Below, piece after piece: positions 37,251 through 48,800 of a DNA stretch of 64,000 bases. The notes beneath the pieces are model-generated. The model made no database searches, was not told the origin of the DNA, and was given only the letters and a program-made list of their open reading frames with translations. The DNA is from Malacoraja senta (lineage: Eukaryota). The stretch is taken from the NCBI GenBank assembly GCA_038087875.1, contig CM075994.1, forward strand, positions 868,001 to 932,000, read 5' to 3'. Every line of letters begins with the position of its first letter. Positions within the stretch are counted from its first letter, which is position 1. The position numbers and the translations under genes are program-made.

Positions 37251-40200
37251 ATTTTACTTCGGAGTCACGTGAGTGACTACGTGAAGAACCCCGCCAGTGC
37301 GCCTGCGCGTCATTACGTCAGACGCATTGGCGCAAACGGACGCGAGGAGCAGAGCTCTAGTGGAATAGTAGTTTTCAACTACAAGGTAAGTATAAACTTT
37401 TTGGAAGTATTTCTGTGTCCGTTTGCTGTGGGTCTGTGGGGATTTTTTCCACAGGCATCATGGAAAAAACGGGCAAGTGTAGGAGGCGAGCGGCACAGCC
37501 GGTATAAAGTCGCAATATTGCGGTCGGCGACCAGCCGCCTCTGACCACGGTACAGTCGACAGCATAGCAACTGTGGATATTGGGGCTGAAGGGAATTTAG
37601 TCAGCACCAGTGGGGCAAGGCAAAGCCGATAAAAAGCTGCGGGAATGCGGTCGGTAAAGGACTGCCTCATACCCTACAACAGTCGCCGGCTGGGAGCGGG
37701 GAGAACTGTGGACTTGTGCATTAAAGAACGGAGCCAGCGTCAGTTGGGTGCTAGGCAACATACAAGTCAGGGTCATGGAGCAAGAGTCAGTTTAGGATTC
37801 ACCTCCAAGGCTGGATACCATTTCTGAAGTGGATATTCCAAATGGAGAACCTGTACACAGGTTGCTCCAACGAAACATACTCCAGGAGGAGTGATGTCAG
37901 AACCAGGCTCCAGAAGCCAGGTCAGCAGCACCTAGTATAGGGCTGCTTGATAGCTCTCATTGATGAGGCGCGTGCACAGGGTCAGCAGAGTTTCCAAAAT
38001 AAGCGAAGACGGCAGCTGCCAGATGGGCTATTCCTGGCAGTACGATTTGCTGCTCTGTGAGAGTTCTGACCCTGAGTCTGACGGTGAGGCCGATACAAGC
38101 GAAGACGGCAGCTGCCAGATGTTTTATTCCTGGTAGTACGATTCGCTGCCCCGTCAGAGTCAAGAGAGCCACTGGAAAGGACGTAGTCTCTGTGATCAAC
38201 TATTGTGTCTACCATCAGCTCTAGTAGTTTACGATGGATGAAAATGCCAAAAAAGCACGATATCCCAAGGAACTGCGTATTGCTGAAAGTACTAGCAGTG
38301 AACCAAGATAAGGGGTCAGATGGGCGAAGGCATGTAAGCCTAAGGAAAGTAAACTGCAGAGACTATTGAAGCTGCTCGGTTGATGAACAACTGCAATTTG
38401 CAAAACAATGGATGGAGGCCATGGATGGAGATGCATCAAGTGGCACTAAGGTTGCTATGTAGCGCCCACTTCAAGATGAATTGTTTCAGGAAGTATACCA
38501 TTCGGTCCACCATCAACCCAAAGTTGCAGCAACTCTGTAAAGCCCAGCAATGTGCAGTCATTCAACTTATTCTTCAGAGAAACTTCACGAATCGTGGGAA
38601 AGAGTTGGATAATGAGGCAAAAACAGCAAAGTTGATCACAACATCAATGGTCGTCAAGTCTGCAAAGAGGACGTATCCTTTCAGACATCATACAAAATCC
38701 TGGACCGACATCAGGATCAAATCGACCATTGAAGCAGGTACTCAGTTGATGTCCTGCAGCAGGAAAACGAAAAAGCGTGGGTTTTGCCTGCCAGGAGCCA
38801 GGGACCACAGGTGACTCAGATGACAAAGGAGGTAGGTGGACCTGGTTCTTATGGGAACATATTAAGGCAAAAACAGCCAAATATTGGAAGCAAATTACTT
38901 CAGTTATTATTCTGAGTATTATAGAAAGGTTTCTAATTGATTCGATTCAAATACTGATTTGCCATCCAGCATGTTCCAAGGAGAACACTCCAATTTCACA
39001 TAAAAATAATTGATGGAGGTTCAAGCTGAATTGAAAACTTGTTTGTAAACAAGTAATTGAAAGGTCGGTTTATCAAAACCACCAAATTGTGTTTAAAATT
39101 TCTCAACCTAAAAAGGTGAGGAGTATTTTAGATCTGACAAGTCTTTAAAATTTTGTGAAGTATAGACACTTCAAAATAGAGACTTTGAGACTGCCAAACA
39201 ATTTATTTCAAAAAATATGTTTTATGGCACTTATAGATCTGAAAGATGTATATTACTTAGTGTTTGTTCATTTATAAGATAAAATTATCTAAAGGAACAA
39301 TTATGGCAATTCAAAGTTCTGTCTAACGGGTTAACTTCAATCCCTAGAAATTCACTAAATTGGTAAAACCAATTTTTGCGGCTAATTAGAGTCCAAGGAC
39401 AGATGTGGATGGCTTAACTGGATGATGTCCTAATTAGGACGAATAAGAGAATTCGTGAGTTATCTCTCTCAAATTATTCAAACCACTTTTGAAAGTTGGG
39501 TTTAATTCATCCAGAGAGAAATTAAGTTAACGATACTTACAACAATTGATTATTTGATTCAATTGAAAAGGTAGTAATTTACCCAGGGTAAAGGGTAAAG
39601 CTAATTGATGGTTGTATTAAGCAGTTGGAAAAGCAACAATCTTCAATTAAGACAGGTGGCCAGCTTGTTAGGAGAATTAGTGTTATTTCCAGCAATACAA
39701 TATGGGCCATTGGACTACCAGCAGCTGCAGACTGCAAAAAGAAAAAACACTGAGATGCATGATGGCCATTTTTTGATAGGCCATGCAATTAAACAACAAA
39801 TGCTGCCTCTGATTGTAGTAGTGGATTTAACATGTCTTCAGTAGTTCAAGCAAGATACGGATTGAACAGCCTACCATGGTCTTAACAGACTGATATCAGT
39901 GTACTAGGATTGGTGCCACTGAAAAGGTATCCATCTGTGGACAGATGGAATATGGAAGAAGTATTATTTTACAGACATGGAGAATCGACGTTTTAAAGTA
40001 TATTGGAAGGCTTATGAGCTACAAGCTTGTTGTTAAAGACAACTAATCTGCATGTTCAGTTTCAAATTGACAACGCTACAGCAATGGCATGTATTAATTG
40101 TATGGGTGGAATTCCCATGATAACAAAGAATGGATGTTTATCCTTGAGATTTTTTAAGGATATAATAGTCAGATTTGTGAAGCCAGATATGACTTGTTTC

Positions 40201-41990
40201 CATCCAGACTCAATCACCAGTTACAGAGATATGTGTTATGGGACTACACCGGGAGACAGTAGCGATGGATGTTTCTCGCTATATTGGGATGGTATGTTGC
40301 TATATACATTTTACTTCATCCTGTCTCATAAATCGGTGTCTGCTTAAAACGAAGCAGTATGCTGCCTCTGGGGTATTCGTGGTACCAGACGGGTCTACGC
40401 AGCCTTTGATATTGGAATTTATGACACAGTTTCTGATAAATGTTCCCAAAAGCAGGAAGTTACTGGTGTATTCGATAATTGGAGAGTAACATCCGTCATA
40501 TGCCTGTATGGATGCAGGTTTTAAAAAAGAGGATTGTCTGGGCATGCTGAGGACATGCTTACAGCAGTCTGGCGGAAGAGTACTCAAAAGCAGTACATTT
40601 GTGAATCTGAGTTGTGACTCTGTAAATACTGCTTTCCCATTATGTAAAGAATGAGGGGGAAAAATTTCTGTGTATAAAAGAATATGGAATGTTGTACGGC
40701 ACATGTCTCAAATATCTTGGATTGACCTCTATTTAATGGGTTGAGGTATAGTGCGATTTATTCACACAGAAGTATATTATTCCTCGTTTTTATTTGATGA
40801 GGTTGGAAAGACATCCTGTTGAGTCTCGTTCCTTTATTTCCAGATTAATGAAAGGAATTTTAATTCCAGACCTTCTAAACCTAGGAGGGAATCTGGAATA
40901 TAGAATTGTTTTAAGCTACTTCATCAAAGGAGTCTTGGTACGATTCTGATTTGGCTAAGTTCAGCATGAAGGTAGTCATGTTTATGGCACTTGTAACATT
41001 ACAAAGTTACAGATACACAGAAGTACCTCAGGATTATGTTATGTTTTATATTTTATGAACTACTCAAATGAAGTAGGATCAGGTGTGACAGGATTCAAGA
41101 TTGTTTTATTAACATATTCTATGGATCCATGTCTATATGTTAAGACATATTTATTGCAAAAAATTGAGGCTACAAAGATCTTATGAAATATGAAAACAAG
41201 ATTGTTTATCATTCACGAAAAACCATACAAGATAGTGTCAGTTTAGACTATTTTAAGATGGTTAAAAACAAGTTTTGGTTGCTGCACGTGTGAACATTGA
41301 TGGTTTTACATTCCATTCAGTTTAGCAGCAACATTGACGACCAGGGCGAAAGAGGTCCCGTCGATCATATTCTCACAGCCGCCGGGTGATCTAATAAGTT
41401 GGTGTTTCAACACTTTTACCATCGGGCTATTGCCAATACGGGGCTGTTTGCAGATACTATATTAAGTTCTGCTTAATTTTCCCTGGGTAAAGGGGATACT
41501 ATTAATTCTTTTATTCAAATAAATGAATTACTGCATTTGTGGTACAAATGTTATTATTAATGCATTATTGAATATTCTCGTTCCGAGTCAATCAATGCAG
41601 AGAGAAGCCGGGATTTGTCTGCGGCATGAAATCATAAAGCTTTAAAATCTTCACGTAGTCACTCATGTGACTCCGAAGTAAAATAGTAAGATTAAACGAG
41701 AACTTACCTAAGTTTGAAGTTTGATCTTTATTTTATGAGGAGTTACGTTGGTGATTACGTGCCCACCACGACCCAACCCTCTATCATAAAGGTCAGATGG
41801 AAGTTCTTGTATTATTCGTTTTATTATGATACTATATTACTTCGCTTGTTTTTTGTGATTTCACACCGCTGCTTCGAAGATTGACGCGCAGGCGCACTGG
41901 CGGGGTTCTTCACGTAATCACCAACGTAACTCCTCATAAAATAAAGATCAAACTTCAAACTTAGGTAAGTTCTCGTTTAATCTTACTATT
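37251..41990 (+). mobile_element. DIRS1-type tyrosine-recombinase retrotransposon (complete termini, decayed ORFs)
   Basis: ITRs 37278-37312 / 41882-41916; ICR 41648-41761 complementary to both ends. Remnants of RT (ILDL, HFKIETL, DLKDVY, LDD; about 39110-39560), RNase H (about 39880-40110), methyltransferase-like (about 40170-40420) and YR (ILRWLKQVL, FTFHS, AG*S...FQHFYHR; about 40700-41475). Confidence 0.95.
41648..41761 (+). repeat. DIRS internal complementary region (ICR)
   Basis: First part is the reverse complement of the left end from 37251 (1 mismatch); second part is the exact reverse complement of the right end up to 41990. Confidence 0.95.
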
Positions 41991-44649
41991 CAGCTAGTGT
42001 TTGTGGTAATGTCTGTTCTTTAAATGCGTATGTATAAAGATTGTGTAAACGTGGGGAAATTACCTTGTAAAATTATTTTATAAAATTCGTTACTGAACCC
42101 GTCTGGTCCTGGTGTTTTACCGTTCTTCAATGAATTGATTGTCTCTTCTATTTCTTTAATTGAAATCTGTGCTCCTAATTCCTCTTGTTCCAGCGGATTG
42201 AGTGTTGGAAGTTTACAGTTGTCCAGAAAGTTTGTAATTTTTCTGCTTTCTGTTGATGTTTTGGATGTGTATAAGTTTTGATAAAATTGGACAAATCTTT
42301 CATTAATGTCTTTTGGAAGCGTTAACAGTTCACCTTTATCTGATTTAATTTTTAGGATAGTCTGGTGCTTTTCAACTTTTCTCAGCTGGCGTGCTAAAAG
42401 TTTGTGTGGTTTGTCGCCGAATTCGAAATGTTCCTGTTTTGTAATTTGAAATAATCTAGCAACTCTTGCAGATAGAATTTGGTTTAGTTTAAATTTCAAT
42501 ATTGCTATCTTGTTGTGTTTATCTATAGTCGCATCTATTGCATTTTCTAAATCAAGTTGTCTGATCTGTTCTTCTAGTTGCAATTGTTCCGTCCTATTCT
42601 TTTTATTTTGATAAGCTTGATATGAAATAATAGAACGTCTAATAAAAGCCTTAAAAGATTCCCATAATAGGGAGGGCGAGATATCTGAGGTATCATTGGT
42701 CTAAACAAAAAGTTCCATCTGTTGTTTTAAGTATTTGCAACAGTCCGGATTATTTAGTATTTGAGGATTAAACCTCCAAAACGATTTTTTATTAAATATT
42801 CCTTCTAGTTTTAAGGAGAAGGTTAGCGGAGAATGATCGGAAATAGTGCTATTATGGTATTTAGGGTTAGTTGTGAAGGGTATTAATTTAGTGTCCACTA
42901 GGAAGTAGTCAATACGTGTATAGGTTTTATGTACTGATGAGTAGAAGGAGTATTCTCTTCTGGCAGGGTTTGCAATCCTCCATACATCTGTTATATTTGT
43001 ATTTTTATATATGTATTTAAAAGTTCACTGGATTTTGATTTTGTATTATGTCTCTTTTGTTGGGCAGATTTATCGAGGTATTGATCCAAAACGCAATTGA
43101 AATCTCCCCAGATTATCACATTTTGCTGAGTGGACTCAGAAATTATATTCAAGATTTTATTTTAAAATTGTGGGTTGTCAAAGTTAGGAGCATAAATATT
43201 TACCATGATAAGTGGGGTAGAATGTATCTCCCCAGAGACTATGACATACCTCCCCTCTTTGTCTGCAATGGTGTTTTTATGTTTAAATGGTATGCCCTTA
43301 CGGATTATAATTGCAGTGCCTCTGGATTTGGAGAGATAGGAGGAATGATATGTTTGACCGATCCAATTGGCCTTCAGCCTGGTCTGAGCTTGAACTTTAT
43401 GATGTGTTTCCTGTAAAAATATTATGTTGGCATTGAGTGATTTAAATTGGGCAAGAATCTTACCCCTTTTAATTGGCTCATTAGAGCCCCTAATATTCCA
43501 GCTACAAAACGTAATTCCTCCAGTTTTCTTTGGAGGGTCGTCTTGCATTGTAACTTACATTGGTTCCATTATTTCAGATGGTGCAACACAACAACTCAAC
43601 CTCCCAGTTTCTGAACTCTGTCGGTATATCCCAAAGGTGCCCTATAGAGAAAAAGCGAAAAAGGTGCTAAATAACATAAATAATATAAAAAAACAGTATT
43701 TAGAAATACTGTGTGAAACCACCAAATGGTGGAAGAATTTGAGTAATCTTCCGTAGACGTAGATTACATTTAGCTCCGCTCCTTACAAACTAGTATTATA
43801 GAAGAGAAAGAACAGGCCAGAACCGGATAATATATTCGCAGAAAAAACAACCAAGCCTGTACTATAAGTAGTTCATCTAATAGGTTAAACTAAATAGATA
43901 TTTACTGTTTAAATGCTGTATTTAAATTAAAATATATATTTTTTAACTTATTAATAATCCTCATATTTAAGTAACAATCATCTGGCTGGAGGGGGTTAAC
44001 TGAGAACTGAATCTTGAATCCGCGTCTTGGCTGCCTGCCAGGTTCTTCTCAGGCTCTCTTTTACTGGCTCCTGACAAGCTTGGATGATTCTCTGTCGGTT
44101 TGGCCGACCGTTTCTGGAAATTTGCCCACACAAATCGATTAACCATATTTTTGATATATACCGATACAATGAACCTTAACTAGAGGTAATAAATCTAGAA
44201 GTTATTCAGTGTTAGCTTAAAAGGAATGAATCATTATTTGGTTATGACATTACGTTTTAGGTTAAAATAAATGATTTAGTACAATTATTTATGTGTTAGT
44301 GATATAATTGATTATATAATTTGTTGGTAGATTATTACATTCCACTCCGTTTAATTTGTTTTTTATACTGCATGATTCCAGTTTCTTGAACCTTTCTTTA
44401 GTAAACACGACGGCCTTGAACATTCTATCCGCTTACGTTCCAATCCATCCCTGATAAGGTGTCTAGACATTAGCACGTGCGAGTTAGTCGGCCATCTTAT
44501 CTGCAACTTTTATATATCTTTTTATGTAAAGAAACATATTCTCTCAATCTACCCCTTATAAATATATATAAAAGGTATACATTAAACACGTGGTTTAATC
44601 CACGAAATCAGCAAAGCCGTAGCATTCTACTTATCCTTTAGAGTCCTTT

Positions 44650-45658
44650 TTAAAAGTCTTGTGCGTATTTGAATGCGGCTACTGGGTCAATAAAGAAACG
44701 CTCCGAGTCATTATATATGACCCTCAGTTTGGTGGGATACATTATTCCATATGTCAGGTTTGGGATTCCTTTAAGAATCTGCCGGGACTTCGTAAAAAGG
44801 GCACGTTTCTTCGCCACCTCTGCCGGGTAATCTCTGAATAATCTTACACTTTCTCCTTCGAACATCAGATTTTTTCCAATTGTCACTTTCTTCATAATGT
44901 CTTCAAGAACTGCTGTGTCGTTAAGTTTCAGGATAATCTGTCTTGGTGGAGCTCCGACCCCTGAGTATGCTCTCTGAACTTGATGTGCAGCATCAACTTT
45001 GGGTCTTTCAGAGAGACTGAATACTTGTTGAAGTAAGTTGGCAGTGAAAGCCCGAGGGTCTATTCCAGTTTCCTTCCCTTCTTTCACTACAACAATTCTT
45101 AAGTTTTGCCGTCTGGACCGGGCTTCAAGATCTAGACATTTGTCGGTCATTCTGGCCAGTTGCCCAGAAACTCGGTCTAGATCTTCTTTCATTCTTTGCA
45201 TCGCATCAGACATGTCCATAGTTGTAGTTTCCAGATCTTTAATAGCTTTGTTTTGTTCTGTTGAAGTAAGGAGAATGGGTTCCAGCTTTTTAGTGAGACC
45301 TTCTTCAACCCGTTTGATTTCTTCTCTTAAATCTGTATCTACTTCTTCAATACGATGCTGTAGAATACCGATCTTTTCACAAATATCATCCATTCTTGTT
45401 TCTAACTCCCAGCTGAATAGACAGCTTGGAAAGCTCCTTATTCAAAATCTCACCAAAGTCCTTTGCCATAGCTTTTCTTAAAGTTTGTTCTTTTTCTTTT
45501 ACTTTTCCTTCCATAACAGCAATAAATCTTTGTCCTTCAGATTCCTCCTCAGATTCTTCAGGTGTTGTTTGAGGTGTTGTTTTCTCTAATTCTTGAGCAA
45601 GCTTCAGTCTGGTTAGTGATCTTGTCTGGGGCACCGTCGGTAAAGTCCGTTTTTGCAT
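44650..45658 (-). pseudogene. L1 ORF1 (coiled coil + RRM), frameshifted near 45390
   Basis: LEARSRRQNLRIVVVKEG, FRDYPAEVAKKR, YPTKLRV motifs. Confidence 0.85.
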
Positions 45659-45836
45659 TTAAAAATACTGGTGTCCCGTCAGTTTGCGACGTCAGGTATC
45701 TCCCGGTGAGTGTTTTTAAATCGGTCCCGTTTTTCTTTCAGGTTTTTTTGCGCTTTTTAGCGCATTTTCAGGAGCGGACGCCTGCTGCCTGCTCCATGGC
45801 GCCACCGGAAGTCCGGCTTTCAATCTTATAAGGTCA

Positions 45837-48800
45837 CTAGACTAAGTGGGATCCGTTGGGTCCCTGTGACACCGGGGGCATGGTCACCCAATGCAACCCG
45901 TTCCCCCAACGCAATATTCCACCACTCACCCATAGCCCCCGACTGCACATGCGCAGCTCATTTCCCCTCATCCCTCCCACTCTCTCCCCCTCCTCTTCAC
46001 CCTCCCTCTCCTATCCCCTCTCCTCTTCCCCTCCCCAATCCCTCCCCTCACCTCTCCCTCTCCTTTCCCTGACCCTCAGTCACTCCCTCCCTCCCTCCCT
46101 CCATAACTCCTCTCCCCTCCCTACCCCCTCCTATCTCTCTATCCCCCACCACCCGCACTCCCCTATCCTCCCCACTATCCCTCCTCACCTCCCCCACTGC
46201 CCTCCTCCCCATCTATTCCACACTCCCTACCTCCCCCCTCCTCCACTCCCCCCTCCTCTCCCTCTATTCCCCCAACTACACTATTCCCCTTCCTCACCTC
46301 TGCCCTCTTCATTTCCCTCTCCTCCTCCCCACCCCAAATCCATCCCTCACCTCTCCTTTCCTCTCCTTTCCCCTACCCTCAGTCACTCCCTCCATAATGC
46401 CTCTCCCATCGCTACTCCTCTCCCTCTATTCCCCCCTTCCCCCCCACTCTCCCTCTCCAGGATCTCGAGTTTGCAGGGTGAGGGGGGGGGGGGCAGGAGC
46501 CAGCGAGGGGGACCAGAGGATAAGCGGCTTGAACTACGGGACGTTGTAATGACGGTGCGCTTGGAACTAACAACGGGCGCTGGACGCTCTCCTCTGCCAA
46601 GATCAGATTCTGCGCTTTCCATTCGGCGACATCTCCCACGTCGGGCCATGCCCCTTCCAGTCCCTCCGAAAATTGTGTCTGGTTGGAGATATCCGGCGGC
46701 CATCCTCAGCTCCAATAAAGATGCGATGGCGCAGAAAGCGGTGGACCGTCGCGTGGAGTGACAGGAGTGAGTCCAATCCGCATGGCGCTGACTGGCAGGA
46801 GATGAGATCGATCTGCGCATGCGCGATTTTTATACTCGCTAACTTTCTCATAGACCACCGATCGGAACGACACTTGGTGCACACGCAGCACAGGAGAACG
46901 GCGCAAATAGAAAAAACGCACAAACTGGAAGAGCACAAGATCAGAGTTTTAGTTATGTACTAGACCAAGTGGAGACACGATGGGTCTGTCCCCCAACGCG
47001 TGGTGGGGGGGCGTGCTGCAGCTCCACAGGCACACTAACCACTCCCACACACAGATGGGATGTGGTAGAGGGGGGGTGAGAGGGGGGTAGGGGGAGATGG
47101 GGTGGAGGGAGGGGAGGGAGGGGAAACCGGTGGGTCCCGTACCCTCAATGTGCGGTTGCGGGGGAGGAGGGTGGGGCTGCGGCTTCACACGCACACTAAC
47201 CACCTCCCACACACACAGGGGAGGGGATGGGGGAGTTTGAGAGGGAGACGGGGAAAGGGTGGGAAGGGGGAGGGAGAGAGGGGAGAGAGAGAGAGGGGGA
47301 GGGGAGGAGGGGGCAAGAGAGGAGAGGGGAGAGAGGTGGGGAGAGAGAAGGTGGGGAGAGAGGAGGGAGAGAGAGGAGGGGAAGTGGCGAGAGAGGGGGG
47401 GAGAAGAATGGGGGAGGGGAGAGGGGGGAGAGGGGGGTTGGTGGGGGATAGAGGGTGAGAGGGGGGTTGGAGGGGAGGAGGGTGGAGGAGGGGAGTAGAG
47501 GAGGGGAGATGGGTGGGGGGCAGAGGGAGGGGGGGGCAGAGGGGAAGGGGGGAAGGGGGGAGAGAGTGGGGAGGGGGAAGAAGGGAGGGGAGAGGGGGAG
47601 GGAGTCCCGTCCATTCTACGCACGGTTGCGGAGGGGAGGTTGCGGCGTCACACACACACTGACCACCACACCGCCCCCCCATACACACACTAACCACCCC
47701 CAATACGCACACTAACCACCTCCCCAATACACACACTAACCATCCCCCCAACACACACACTAACCACCCCCCAACACACAGACTAACCACCCCCCCAATG
47801 CACACACTAACCACCCCCCAACACACACACTAACCACCCCCCCACTAACCACCCCCCTCCCCCAACACACACACACACTAACAACCCCCCTTCATATTAT
47901 ATTAATATTATTCATTTTCTCCTTTTATCCCATCCCCACCCTATCTCGAGGGGCAAAGAGAGTGGGGCAGAGAAAGAGAGAGAGGGAGAGGGAGATGAGG
48001 GGAGAGCGGGGGGCAGAGGGGTGTAGAGGGAGGGGGTGGAATGGAGTGGTGGGGAAGAGGGGAAGATGGAGAGGGAGAGAGGGGGAGAGGGGGTGGGGAG
48101 AGAGGGGGTAGGGAGGGGGAGGAGAGCTGGGAGGGGGAGGGGCGCAGAGAGGGGCAGGGAGGAGGAGGGGGTGGAGGAAGGGTGGATGAAGGAGGAAAGG
48201 GTGAGAGGGGGAGGAGGGGAGATGGGGAGAGGTGTGAGCAGAGGGGGAGAGAGGAAAGGGGGGATGAGAGAGGGGGAGGAGAGAAGGGGAGGAGGAAGGG
48301 TGGAGATGGGGAGACATTGGGGGGAAGAAGAGGGGGGAAGGGAGAGAGCGAGAGATGGGGAAGAGAGCGGGGAGGGGGAAAGAGGAGAGAGGGGTAGAGG
48401 TGGGGAGGGGATGTGAGAGTGGTGGGGGAGGGGAGGAGAGGGGATGGGGGAAGGGGGAGAGAGGGATAGGGGAAGGGAGAGGGGGAGGGGGAAGATGGGT
48501 GGGGGAGAGGGTAGAGATGGATGGGGGAGGGGAAGAGTGGGCAGGGACGGGGAGAGGGGTGGAAGGGGAGAGAGGGATGGGGAGAGGGGGAGGGTGGAGG
48601 GGGGAGGGATTTGAGAGGGGTGAGGGGAGAAGGGTGATGAGGGATGGGTGAGGAGAGAGGGGTGAGGAGAATAGGGAATGGTGGCGAGAGGGGGGAGGAG
48701 AGGCGGTGAGGAGAGAGGGGGAGAGAGGAGTGAGGAGAGAGGGGTGAGGAGAGAGGGGTGAGGGGAGAGGGTGGAGGAGAGAGGGTGAGGAGAGAGGGGT

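Larger units (their letters stand above)
34440..43548 (-). pseudogene. L1 ORF2 (EN-RT-CCHC), fragmented and interrupted by DIRS and a SINE
   Basis: ORF fragments 43162-43548, 42701-42898, 42020-42583, 36868-37146, 36509-36784, 35821-36063 and 34461-34673 are colinear with L1 ORF2. Confidence 0.9.
34166..45814 (-). mobile_element. Near full-length L1/Tx1-clade LINE (decayed) with 15-bp TSD
   Basis: TSD GGCTTTCAATCTTAT at 34151-34165 and 45815-45829; 5' end GGACTTCCGGTGGCGCCATGG; ORF1, APE (SWNIRG, FLQETH, NIYAPN), RT (DQTGFI, SLDAEKAFD, LYADD), CCHC; AATAAA and A-rich tail. Confidence 0.95.
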
